A stretch of DNA of 63,244 bases, filler included, from Bigelowiella natans CCMP2755 (Eukaryota > Protista > Cercozoa), in NCBI GenBank assembly GCA_000320545.1. It is 4 parts of 4 records of this genome, joined end to end, with 100 filler letters (N's around TTAATTAATTAA, not from the genome) between each part and the next. Parts side by side here need not be neighbours in the genome. Positions count along the whole stretch, not along the records: positions 24,437 to 40,695 come from ADNK01000031.1; 3 more parts are not named here. One strand, given 5' to 3'. The translations under genes and the position numbers were made by a program. Below the pieces are notes generated by a model that saw nothing but the letters and a program-made list of their open reading frames with translations, searched no databases and was not told the DNA's origin. Positions 25,185 to 38,304 of the stretch are shown here, one piece after another; position 1 is the stretch's first letter; the number at the start of each line of letters is the position of its first letter.

Positions 25185-27072
25185 ACTAGGTGCGCACGCG
25201 AAAAGATACCTGCTTGCCCCCCCATTTTTCTTGGATGTATTGTCTTGAGGGAAAGAGGAAGATGACGCTGAATAAGTAGAAAAACAGCATCTTAGAGAAT
25301 AACAATGAAACTACCATTGAGTGAAGAATAAACGCAATTGGAAATAGCAAAATTGAAATTATTATAAAGTCTTCGTAATGAAGTAAGAGGGGAAAGATCT
25401 TCAAAGTTGCTTTTGTTCAACTCGGTTTCGACTTGTTGTGTTTTGGATTGTTTGAACGACGGTACAAGACACAGTTACTACTTCCTGAATTATTATCTTC
25501 CCTATCGCTGTTGCGGTGTGGACAAAATCCTTCGCCAACTAAGAACAATGCCCATTGCAGGATCATCGTTTACAATTATGGAGTGATGATGGTGAGGTGA
25601 TGATATTTAGTCATGGTGATAGATAATCGTGATCACAAAAAGTAGTAATAGTAGTTGTAGTGGTAGTAGTAGCTAGGTAGTAGTAGTAGTAGTAGTAGTA
25701 GTACCTGAGCCAGTTCCGTGAATTCCCTCTCTTGCTCCAATATGTAGTCGTCCGTCATTGAATCCATCTACATATCACCCATCAAACGACGAGATCATCA
25801 TGGTTAAGGCAGCACGTGGCGATGAAGGTGTTGTTCGAAAAGAAACAGCAGCCAGCAGTAGGAAAGAGTTCTCCTCCTTCTTCTGCCTTCGCTCTATCCC
25901 GTACTACTGCCCCGAGGGGAATGCGTATATCTCCTCTAAATGCGGCGGTGCGGTGAGAAGAAGATGATTCGTGTTGTTGTCTGTCTGTCTGTCTCCTCAA
26001 AGGAGTCACCACCAGGCGCTGGAACTGCTCGTTCCATTCCCTGAGGCTCGCCATCGTCCTCTCCTCGACGTTCGTTCGCTCGACGGCTTGAGAGCAACGG
26101 CAGATTTCTGTTGGCGACAAGATAAAATAGCATGTCGCGCATGGAAAACAGGGCCATTTCTTGGAGATATTATTAGCCATCCGGAGTATTCCGGTGAGCG
26201 TACTCGAAGACTATCACCCTCCCCTCCCACCTCCCCCCCATTGCTTCCATGGGCGTAATTAGAGCTCGATATCGATAGAAGTCTGTCGAGAATGACCAAG
26301 GCATCCAGAAAATGGTGTTTTCTGGGAGACTGGGTAGGACGTGTTGATGTAAAAGAGGACGGCATTAGGAAACCACGTTCCGCCCCATCTCGGTTCCATT
26401 CCGACCGCATCCTTGTCATCCTCCACCTTCTCTCTCTCCTTCTTCCCCTGACCATCACAAAGGCTGAAAGCTACCCTATCGAAGGTACACAAGAGATCTG
26501 TCGAACAACTTGGTCTAGTAACGATTAGAGAACACATTACAATAACTGTATTTTATTCGTTTAAGTAGCCTCCCCCTCTCCGTTTTGACATTAATTTTGT
26601 AATCATAGTTTGTTCTCATTTCTACTATTTAATCAACACATAATAGAGCGACGAATAGACTCTTCCGACGGCAACGCTTACACCCGCCAGGTGATTGTTC
26701 CCTGATATTATTTCTCACCTATCTTCTTAGTAGTACCTAGCTACTCCCCCCTCCTCTGATTGATCAAATGAACCATTAATTCGAAAGGAATTCGTTGAGT
26801 ACTATGGTGGAGAAGATGAGTGGCAACGTAGTAGTAACCAAGTTTATGAGGCAGACAATCTTTTTGATGATGATGAAGATGATATCGATAGCCAGGACGT
26901 TGGTAAGAGCTTACCATATCACGAAGAAGAAGAAGAAGAAGAAGAAGAAGAATATTAGAATACTCGGCTAGCGAAAGCACACATACGTAAGCAGGAAGTT
27001 CGCATAGACGAAGTATGGGAACAGAATTTTATATGAATAAATATTGGTATATGATAACACACACACACACAC

Positions 27073-27115
<43 letters not shown>

Positions 27116-27896
27116 TGAGTTACACATTGTGGACCCACACCCGGATACAATTGACCATCCTGTGTGCATAACATCGTATTATTATTATAGTATCAGGTGG
27201 TGGTGGGAATCCCGGCGATGCAGAGGAGGAGGAGGAGGAGGATCAAATATTACGTCCTCTTTCTTCGTCAGTGTGGTCCTTGAATGATGACTTCGATTTA
27301 GAGCCAGAGAAGGTGCCAAGAAAGACAATCTGGGGTTATTGGGCCGACGGAGAGGCCAAAATGCCTGCATTCTACAAAATCTGCGTTGAAACCTGGAAGG
27401 TAAGATGAGGTTTCTGCTTTAGGACTGATTGTGTGTTTAATGGTTCGGGGATAGCTTGTGGAAAATAATACCATCGTATTGTCTATGTTCATCAACATCA
27501 CAATTGCTGCTAAGTTGGGAAAATAATAATTAGCGCCAAAATCCTTCATGGTATATCCGTATCCTGGACAAATCTTCTATTTCAAAGTAGGGTTGCTGTT
27601 ATATATACGTGGTTAATGCTATATGTACGTCGTTGATTATTAGTGGTGATATCTGCACTTCTTCTTTGGTGACTGATAAAGTGGTGACCTAGTATGACTA
27701 CCGATGTGCTCCTGTTCTTCTTCTTCTTCTTTTTCTTCTTCTTCTTCATTAGATACCTTTCCAGCATCGAATTACCACCTACAATCTACGATCTCCCACC
27801 CCACGGAGCAAGTGACCACGTAAGGTACACGAAACCAATGAGGAGGAGGAGGAGGACGAGGCTATGAAAGACTGCAAAAACAAACATCTAAATGTA

Positions 27897-27943
<47 letters not shown>

Positions 27944-28736
27944 ATGTGTCTATTATTCATGATAGTTGTTTGATGATGTGAAGATGATGGTGAACGTTGT
28001 TGATGGGGAGGTAGGCTGGCTTTGCTCGCGAAATACGGGGGTGTATGGATGGACGTGAGCATCATCCTTAGGTATATTGGTATTGCTGCTGGTGGAACAT
28101 AAGTAGTAGTAGTAGTAGTAGTAGTAGTTGTAGTAGTAGTGGTAGCAGCCGTAGTTTCATTCAAGTGTGTGCAAACGCAATGTTGTGCATCATCGTGACC
28201 TTATCATAACCTTTCTTTTCTGCACCAAGTTTCTCTTCTTTCCTTGTCCCTTCTTCTCCTTCTTCTTCTTCTTCATCATCATCCACACACCCCCCCCCCT
28301 TAAGGGAAAGTCTGGACACACTAGCATGGCAGCACATCGAACGGGGAGAAGTGCCTTTCGTAGGAATATATAATCCAGGTGCTAGCTGTTAATCCGTCAC
28401 TTTATGGTCCGGATGGAGACGGATAGGAGGGGGGGGGGGATTAACGTATCTCGCGGTGACAAATTTTGTTGGTTTTAACTACTGCGTTTCCACGCCGTTT
28501 GGGTGGTAATCAGTTTATGGCAGCAAGCACTTGGAGAACAAGGACTTCGTCGAAAGCTGGTTGTTAGTAGTAAAAGAGGAGTGCAGAAGACACTATGATA
28601 CGTACCGATTGGTCATCATAATATATAGTAGTATGTTGTAGTATTTAGTAGTGTTCCAATGCTTTTCCTATTCGCCTCTGTTAGGTTTCTGGCGACGGCA
28701 CGTCACAATCCATTTGTTTACAGGTAGGAACTTGAT

Positions 28737-28774
<38 letters not shown>

Positions 28775-30003
28775 AATATGTGTGAGTATATCTAGCATCA
28801 GCCTAGTAGCTATATTTGCAAAGGAGTTATCAACATCAGTGAAGTCTCATCGTGCACTGCTCTTTTCCTCACTCCATTAATGATCAATGTTTCGACGATG
28901 CATATGCCAGATGGCGCGACCTATTATCCCGCCTCTTCAAGTCTCGAACGACTTCTGGATTTGCTTCAAATTTGCTCACTGATCCTCTCTATGAAGTACT
29001 TACCACATTACTGCCGTGATGCAGTTGCAGCTGCTTGCTGCTTTGAATAATATATTTATGTATATTATCAATACACATATATTTGTGTGTGTGTGTGTGT
29101 GTGTATCTTGGTGTGCAGCAAATGAATTGGTAGGAGGAGGCAATTATGCGAGAGGCAATTATGCGAGAGTCATCATTTCATTCGTCGAGTAAATGAATGA
29201 TCATGTCACGAAGATGATAATGATTGATGAATTATGCGAATATGTTGCAATTTGATGCTTCGAAACAAGGGGTTGGATCTGTCCAATTTCTTAAGGGAAG
29301 GAGTCGATTTTAGGTACTAGAAAGTGGTGAAGAGAGGAGATCACCATGCATTTCTGTATTTTGATGTTATATATTTATAATTTGCAAAACAAGAAGTGAA
29401 TGATGGCCTTGCTTTTCAGAGAATATCTGGCAATACACGTGATGCTTCGAAGGTTAGCCATTATCTGTGTAAATATTATGGAGGCTTCACGCCTTTGCCG
29501 ATTCTCGTCGTTTGTTTTCATGTAAAAGATATACGCAAAAAACTTTTCAAAATGAATCAAACGAACCATGATGAGACGATGTATATATAATTTGCACATG
29601 CTTTTTCTCTACTGCCACTCATGCTAACTGAAACGGTGTACTGTACAACAACCACAGAATTTTAGAGAACGAATCAGACCTCAGGTCAAATTGAAAGGAA
29701 GAGTAAATGATATGGTGTATCATCATCATCATCAAGAGTGGAGGAGAATAATATGAAAGAGTATAACTAGGGTGACACATCCCTCTTCAAAAACAGCCCA
29801 ATCTGTGCTTCTTTTTTTATGATAATCTCTCAGAAGCATCGATGAGCTCTATCTATCATCACATTTTTTTAAAAAACTTGATAATCTTCCAGAAATAATA
29901 TCGAGCTTCTTCACTGTCACTTACAAACATGATACAGGTCTCAGTGGGAATCATGGAAGTTATACAGCACTGAAGATACAGGTTGAAAACATCGAAACGT
30001 TTG

Positions 30004-30079
<76 letters not shown>

Positions 30080-30420
30080 ACGCGCGCGCAGGACCTACGT
30101 GCGTATGGTAAACTCCGATGACATTAGGTTTTGTCTTGTTTCACAGGGTTACGATTGCAACGTAGGGTGGGAGATTGGGGTACGTACACCATATGGATCT
30201 TTATCGGCTCTGCGTTAAAATTGATGGTTTGCAACTGTTTTGTGACATCAAAATATAGGTATTTCTACGGTAGAGGCCCTTTTTAGGTATCAGTGAATAT
30301 TTATAATTTACCCCTTACAAGATATATTTCTTCACAGTGTGATAATCTTACTTACCAGCTCAGACGATGAAATCTGGAGAGACATCGCTAGTACACCTTT
30401 GATGAAGTTTACAACTCCTG
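24604..30420 (-). CDS. Clu-domain protein with long N-terminal region; 3' part lost at the gap; 5' extent uncertain
   Basis: Small exons in 24604-26090 splice to REWNEQFQRL...|LAKDFVHTATAIGKIIIQE|RHLPLSLKTIHPRKMGGQAG|GQKFISHNIMWKFAVDSHHGFFGSDE|YAAKACSHELLGL, matching Clu-domain motifs. Upstream exons are only tentatively assigned. Confidence 0.75.
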
Positions 30421-30920
30421 CGAACTCAATTTTGCAAAAGTGAGTGTATTCATTACATCCGTAGTTCAGATTTGTTGTTTCAGTTTTATACCTAGCTGGT
30501 GTGTAGACGTGACTGACTAGTTGATGTGGGATTTTGCGCGCAAACCGAACATTTAATTCGTAAAATATGAGTTGACGAACGCTCACAAACAAACAAAAAT
30601 TTTGGATTAAATTTTATTACATCATATAGGCTTCCGAGAGAGATGTTCTTCTCGAAAGGGACTTTGATTCAACGCATACTTAGTGAAATTGGGTTGGAAA
30701 AATGAAGTGTGCAGATTGCTGGATCAAAAGATAAAAAATCAAGCACAGTTACCACTTTATACAGCAGCATGCTAAAACCGAGTATTTCGATTGCCAATGC
30801 TATCGTAACACGTTTGCGGTTGCACGTTACGTATGTGTAAGCAAGCATATTCCGTCGAAGCAGAATACTTCTAGACCTATTTGTTACATGAGGCATCGCT
30901 TACATGTGCATGTCCATATG

Positions 30921-31062
30921 AGACGGATGTAAGACGGATGTACTGAATCAAATCAAATTTGTTCAATGGTCACTCTCATGTAACTGTGCAATGCAGCGGC
31001 TACAGCGCTAATGTTGAATCTGTTGGTCTCCGCTATGATGTGTTTCATGCAATCAAATGGAT
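30921..31062 (+). repeat. Dispersed element, copy 3 (long), with tandem AGACGGATGTA
   Basis: AGACGGATGTA twice, then CTGAATCAAATCAAATTTGTTCAATGGTCA and the tail shared with copy 2. Confidence 0.9.
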
Positions 31063-31435
31063 GTAGCTACGTTTTTTCAGTAGTTATCCTAATGTAGCGC
31101 TATGCAAAGCGGCATAGACAATGAGCGTAAAGGTAACATGAATGTGTGGCACGTAGCTGCAAATTTAAAAAATGGAACAGATCCATCAAGCTGCCATGAT
31201 GAAAGGTAGAATTTTGGTACAAAGCGTATTATATCATCTGCTTCACAATCTCATTATGCATCATTCTAGCATTTGTTTTCTGATTTAGTCTGCATCCCCT
31301 ATCAGAGTGCGGATTTGATTTCATCGATTTTCATTAGTTTATCTCTGATGACATCATACAAATTGAGATTCAGGGGTGAGTGTGTCTCATCCATCCTGAA
31401 CACCGCCTGGATTCTACATGGACAAGTTGCGACCA

Positions 31436-32319
31436 TCATCTACCAGCAAGGGACCTTAATTTTTTAACTTGTTTTTCAAGTTCCATGCAAAGAATATACA
31501 GTTCGTTGTTTGTGTACGCATAGTCCAGATATCTCCTCTCCGCATTGGCAATTTGCGGGGCAACAGCAAGCTGGAAAGTTATAAACATGTAATAAGTTTT
31601 CCTATTCAACAATCAACTTTTCGCGACATCGGATAACATCCACCTGTGAGGCTTTTCGTTTCCTGTTAATATCCTTGATCTCGGTCTTACTTCTTCCAAG
31701 ATTTTTGGACAGTCTGAGAAACCCGTGCAAGTATTAATTCTAATCTCTCATTGCCTCTTGTTTAGATGTTACATTTGCTGGATTTCTTCCATTTGATCCG
31801 CATATCCTTTCCACTTGTTGCTGCCATATCTTTTAAGGAGTTCAAGATTTATTATCCTAAGGAAAACAATATAACCATCAACCCTCAATTCGAAGAGATT
31901 ATAAATATCTTTAGACCGGGCTGTTTGATGCTCAAGCTGGGTTTGTGCCTTCTTTAAGGCCTCTTCCCAATCCGCGATATTAGAGGATTTTGGCGGTGTT
32001 ATTTTGTAACGGGATGCATCGAATGACATTTTAGGGGGAGCAGATTTGCGTTCGAACATATCTTTTACAATCACGCTTTCCTAAACATGAGAGGGGATGG
32101 TTAGTATCAATATTCATAACTTTGCATTTTTGCTGCTAAAACTTCGCTGACCCCTGCAACAGTGGGAATAGGCATGGACTTCAGATAATCTGGTGGTCGG
32201 AACGTCTTCATCTCCTCTTGGATAAGTTTTTCAACTTGTTTTCTTCTCTGTGGATCTTGATATTCATGGTCGATGTAGGGCAGTCCGTCCAGGACAACTT
32301 CATTGTCCGTAGTTTCCAT
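31436..32319 (-). CDS. SPF27: Pre-mRNA splicing factor SPF27/BCAS2
   Basis: LDGLPYIDHEY...VEKLIQEEM, FDASRY, WEEALKKAQTQLEHQTAR|IINLELLKRYGSNKWK, DINRKRKASQ; short introns. Confidence 0.92.
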
Positions 32320-32647
32320 TTTTGTGAGACATCTCTGGGTCTGGGAACAAAGGATGCTTTGTAATTATTTGTGAAGTTACTAGAACATCAAGTCTCTTAT
32401 GGGCAAACACGTTCTATTTGAACATTTTATTTTTTATGATCCTCGATTAAGTGCTGGAAATTAATCTCGTTTGGTTGCGGGAAATGTGAGTTTTCAGATC
32501 AAATCTGAAAAAAGGTTGTATCTAAAGTCAACGTATTTCTCTACCAAATATATAGACGACCTTTACATTACCTTGTCGTACTTGTATTTTGAAGCAAACG
32601 TGCCCAGCTTTCATTTACTCACCACAGGCCTTCCTTCAAACCACGCT

Positions 32648-32773
32648 ATGTCCGGTCTCAGCTACCTGCAGGACCAGGCTACTGCCTTCCCCGACCAGGA
32701 AGAACACTTCACGCAACTCTCCAACTTGTACAAGGATAGGTACAGTTCGACTGCATCCTATCCTCCCCTTTCT

Positions 32774-32816
<43 letters not shown>

Positions 32817-34381
32817 TCTATCCTTCTTCTTTCTCTCTCTCCCTCTCACTCTGTTCCCCCTCAGCATGAGAGCAAATCTAAATACTGAATACGTAAAAGT
32901 AATCTTTTGAATTTTTTCCTTATTGAGGCCGCACTCATCTTCAAATTTCCTTCAGGTTATGGTTCCAATTAACTGAAAAGCTGCTACAGCTTCTTTCCGT
33001 CCCGCATTTTCAAAAAGCTCCCCACCTACTCAACTTGTATCAAGAGTTTGTCAAGGGCTTCGAAAAAGACTTGAGCAAATTGGATCTAGCTCAGTTTGCT
33101 ATCGCGGCATCAAAGCAATGCGATGGTCGTTTTTGACTGCAACATCATACATACCATATATTCTAATTGTTAAAAATACAGATTTCAAAGAGACCATGAG
33201 CTTTCTGGACAAGGTCGCGGAAACTATGAAGGGAAACCCTCAAGCTGATGTTCTTTGCAAGATGGAAAAGGCTGAACTTCAAATAAAAGCATGTGATAAC
33301 CCTGACGAATTGCATTCATCGGTCGAGGCTAACATTGAAGAGGGCAAGAGCGCTATGGATAAGTTTGAGGGCATAATGGATCCTGTGGTGCACTCCTCTT
33401 ACTATCGTGTAAAATTTTTCTTTCATAAGGTAACATCATATGTACGTGTCATTACTGTGTACTGAAGAATTATTTATGCCGGCAGAAAAAGAAACAAGCC
33501 AGCGAAGTCTTTCGACATGCGTTACTATATCTATCCTATACACCAATCGACAAGATTCCGAGCACCGAGAGAGTGGAGTTTGCCTACGATGTTTCAATGG
33601 CTGCTCTGATTGGAAAAGATATATTCAACTTTGGTGAATTGGTAGCTGATACCAGATTATTTTGTTTCCTAAGGAAGAGATTTACTGATATCGTGTGATT
33701 GCAGCTTGAACGGCCACTAGTCAAAGTACTTGACGATAGCAAATACTCCTCAACGCTTAAGCTTCTTGAAGCGTTTCACAATGGAGACATTAAAACATAT
33801 GAAGATATCATGGCAAAGGATGGGAAAGCACAGGTAGGAACAGATTATGCATTGATTTCTTTAATGGTGATGCGATCAGTACCGATTTTTTTGTTCAGCC
33901 CTTACTCCAAGCTAATAAAAAGTTCCTGTCGATGAAAGTACGAATATTGCGTCTAATGGGGACGGTATTCAGTCGATCTTCTCGAGATAGGGCTTTGTCT
34001 TTCAAGGAGATCTCTGATGCTTGTGATACGAAGATCGATGAGGTAATGATTCATTTTGAGAATCTTGGTTGGATGTTACATTCTGAGATGACTTGGCGGT
34101 AGGTGGAATTCCTTGTTATGAAATCATTCTCATTGGGAGTGTTGAAAGGGATCGTTGACCAGGTAATTTCATGTGATTACTGTGTGTCACAATGTTCTGA
34201 TGAAGGGTTTTGCGTTGATTTGTCATAGGTTGCGCAATCCGTAAATATTAAATGGGTTCAACCAAGAGTGCTTACAAAAGGCCAGATAAAAAATATGGGA
34301 GATCGTCTCAAGGTATGGACTGCAGAGTTAAGCAAAGCAACTGCACATGTCGAAGAACACAGCAAAGAGATTTTGCAATAA
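32648..34381 (+). CDS. RPN9: 26S proteasome lid subunit RPN9/PSMD13
   Basis: LYKDR|LWFQLT, LYQEFV, VHSSYY, ALLYLSYT, AALIGKDIFNFGEL, VEFLVMKSFSLGVLKGIVDQ|V, WVQPRVL; TAA at 34379-34381. Confidence 0.95.
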
Positions 34382-35259
34382 TTGTTGCATGCAGTCCGCA
34401 GTTTTCCCTCCACGGATTTCCACGCTCGTACATCATTACCTGTCGTGATGGAATTATTAACGTCATTTGGTAATTACAGTGGGCTTGTTGGTTACAGAGC
34501 GATGATCATTTCATCTTGTTGCAACATGCTAGCATGCTAGCATGGTGTGCACTTGCTAGCTTGCGGCATGCTAACATAGCATGCTCTCTAGCTCTGCTGC
34601 TATGCTAGTGCTGCAAACTCATCGCACCGCGACAGGCTGCTACGCTCTAGTGCTAGCAGGCATCCATCTACTAACTACTAACTATGCTATGTGCACACAT
34701 CTGTAAAACATCAACCGCGCAGATGCGAGCAATTTGATTAGCTCTGGGTAGAGCTAGAGAGCTTGCCAAACATCTAGACATGCTAGCATGCATGCGTGTC
34801 GATCGAAGCGCATGGCTGTGACAACAAGCTCAACTAGTCAACAACGTGCTAGTGTGCGCTGTGTAGATGGTGCGACCTAGCAAATTGAAACATCTAGCTA
34901 GACATCGACATGCCGGCCATGGTGAGATGTGTGCAGTTGCACTTTGTTTGCACGCAATGCAAGCTGTGTGGAGTGCTGCCTGCTGCTGCGGCAGCGAGCT
35001 AGATGATGGATATCTGCGGTAGAGACAGAGAGGGACTCCATTATCTTTGGACAATGGGGATCCTCTCTTTGTTTCTTCCTCACGTACTACAGACATGAAC
35101 TTTGTCATTTGCATTTTTGCTCCCCGGCCACCACCATTCATGCGCGTGTTTCAGTGCGATGTAGAGCTGATGATGCAAACATGCAAACTTGTTTTGTCCT
35201 CACTGCAGACTCAACTTGCGACTTTCCGACTCTACGGTCCATTGTTCAAACTTCATGAA

Positions 35260-36812
35260 CTAGCTATGAATTTGACTTGCCACATTGTGTGCTGCCATCC
35301 TCCAGTCCATTTTCTTTTGTGTGACAGGGAGCTTTCGTCGCATCTTCTTGAATGCAGACTGGGCGAGTTGTATGTACATTTCCTCCATACTCGACTGTGA
35401 CATGATCATTACAAATGAGATCAGATGTTGTAATATTATGAGCGTCTACCAACTAACTACACCTGATATTCAGATTCGATATTTTCGATTGCCTTGAGTA
35501 GTGCTTTGGCCGTGGATACTGCCTCTCCCTAAAATGATTCATTTTTCTAAGTTTAAGTCTCTCATTTCACTACAGGCCATAATGTAAATACCACGTCCAC
35601 ACTTGAGGTCTTTTTTTCTAACTTAGACACTAATTGCACATTGCCGTCCTCGAAACAATGAACACGGGCCTTAACTACGCCCGCTATATTTGTAGATCCT
35701 TTAGAAGCAACATTCAGAGTATACTTTGATGTCCATCCCCCACTCCTGTAAAAATTTAATATTTAATAAGAACTTCATTTCTGCAGCAAAGAGATAAATT
35801 ATCCCTTACCAAAATGAAGCCAAAATTTTGGAGTTGATAGCAGAGATACACACATTTATGTCTCCATCGTCGTTCGCATATACTCCAACAGCATGTTTTT
35901 TCGTTACTCGAGGAGCTTGCCTGAGATTGTATGCTGAATCTAAATATTTCTTCGCCTCTGCGGCAATCGCAGCCCTGTATTCTTCGTATTTGCCCGATGG
36001 AGGCGTGTCGCCAGTAACTTCAAACCCCTGATTGGGAAAAAGAGTTCATAAGGTTCAACTATTTTAACAATCGTGCTAAATGACTAACCGAGTCTTTGAA
36101 GTTCGCTTGCACAACCCTGTTATTGATCGGGTCGAAATATTTACCGTCCCCGAGGTGACCGTGTTCGCAAAACATTGCCTAAAAATTTGAGACGAAAGAT
36201 TCAGAGAGAGGCTAAATGTCTACTAAAATTAATTAACCGGCTTTCCATCAGCATCTCCAATCACAAAGTTGTCTTCATTGTGTTTCTTCATTATCAAGTT
36301 AAGATTCTTCTCGTCTAGAATGGATGGATCCCCGACAAGCTTCTTGACATCTAATTCCATCCGTTTTCCATCAGCGTGGTTAGATTATTTACAACAAGAA
36401 CTGAATCGGTCTACGTAATAACCTGTAACCAGGAAATCCACTTCACCGGGAGGAGCCTGGGTGATAAAATAGCTTGCAATCTGAAACTTTTCCTCAGGGG
36501 AGGCCTGTAAGCGAGAAGGTTTAATTCGTAGGAATCTAAATTACGGCACAATGATTGAACCTCCTCTTCTTCATCTTCCTCATCATCACCGCTCCCGCCT
36601 CTAAGATTGGCAGCCATTGTTACGGTAGCTTCATTTTTGAGGGATTCACCGACAATGTCTTCATTGCTTAAGGGTTTCCCATTTGCTAGGATGCTCATTT
36701 GTCTAGCTCCAGTCATGTCAGTCAATTTGACTTTGAGATCTCCAACTGTTTGATCAGGCAGGATGTCCACCGTGTAAATCTGGCCGCTGGTGTCAGTGAA
36801 GTAAATCTGCAT
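35260..36812 (-). CDS. CAPZA: Ubiquitin-like domain (ending LRGG) fused to F-actin capping protein alpha subunit
   Basis: Exon 36812-36561 encodes MQIYFTDTSGQIYTVDI...TVGDLKVKL...ANLRGG-SGDDEEDEEEE and splices in phase 0 to ASPEEKFQIASYFITQAPPGEV. Later exons give FWSGGW, VHCFEDGNVQL, IESEYQ and FKKMRRKLPVTQKKMDW. Confidence 0.9.
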
Positions 36813-37803
36813 AATAAGGATCGTCCTGGCAAAGAAAGAACGAAGAGAAAAGAAATTGAGCTATGCTCTTCTCCATGTCATATTATACAGTTCGACGAAG
36901 CAATAGACACCCCCACATTGATAGTAAACCATTTATAGGTAATCTTGCAGAAGAAGTCAGTATCCATGCACAGCCACACACCCAAGCTTCCCTCCCTTAC
37001 TCTACCCACGGATCCACACCTGAAAGGAAAGAACTAGCTTTGTCAGCAGAAAAATTGCAATTAATGGTTCATTTTTTCCTATCTAGACGGACAGAATATG
37101 AGAGCGACTACGATTTACATATACAGTACAAGAAAATAGTAATTTCTTCCTCAATAGCCTTTATTTCATACTCTGAAATGTCATTCACTGGCAATTAATC
37201 AGAATTATGAGGGATATTCCCCACATGAACTCTCTGAAATATCAATAATTTTTCAAGAAGCATGATGTCTTTGATGTCATTTTTATTATGAAACTCCGAT
37301 TTCAGGATAAATTCTTGCTACAGTAAAATCTTACTGCCGCAAATCTCAAGATATCAGAATCGAATATTTAGTTCCCTGCAGCCGAGATGAGTTCATGCAT
37401 GAGTACCTTGTCGAAGGCCATAAATGAAAGGGCATTCTGGACGTTACTCTAAACGAAATCTTGCAGTGGCAATACCAGATAACGACATAAAAACTTGCCT
37501 ACTTTTGATTTAAATGCCCACGAGTTGGTACGAGTATAAGCACGCTCCTCGTAACTGAAGCAGCAGCCCGTTGAGTAGTATTCATATCAGATCCACATCA
37601 GTATCCATATCGTCAGTTGTTTAACGTCGAGCACAGTTCCCCGTTGCCTACTCTCTCCGTCTTCGTGGAACACTGCAGAAAGGAGGCTTTTTCGGAACGG
37701 AAGAAATGGCAAAATTTATTGACTAAATGAATGAGGCCCAATCTGTAAAAGGCTTTTCTATACAGCTCGCACGATATACGTATTGAATAAGTGATTTTGG
37801 AAA

Positions 37804-38256
37804 ATGGAAGGCTTTCTCGAAAAGAAACCTAGTTTTGGGTTCGGTTGGCAGCAACGATACTTTCGTTTATGGAGGAAATCTCTCACATATACGAAGAAAC
37901 GAAATGACAAAAACGCAACCGAGCTTCGAATAGAAGATGACAAGGAGATAAAGGTTCGTGACATTGTCTGCACAAAGGTAATGGAAATGAAAATGGAAAT
38001 ATGTTGTATATTAGGTTCGGATAGATAAGCAAGATAACAGAGTCTTCTATGTCACTATCGACAAGGACATGCGCTTACGCGCGCCAAACGGTCTGTCTAA
38101 ATATTATTATCATTATGTTTTTATATCCACCATGTGAACGAATGGTACCCCATAACTCCTCGTAGTCATTTAATTTACAAGTTGATACCTCACAATTGTA
38201 AATATATACACGTATACATGTACTCTATATGCATGCATGTATTACGTGTCCCTCTA

Positions 38257-38304
<48 letters not shown>

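Noticed and set aside
3550-34381. Apparent proteasome gene cluster (RPN3, RPN9)
   Set aside because: The two genes are on different contigs separated by an artificial spacer.
34770-34790. Resemblance of the island motif to SMAD (GTCTAGAC) or p53 half-sites
   Set aside because: The matches are imperfect and these factors are not expected in this lineage.
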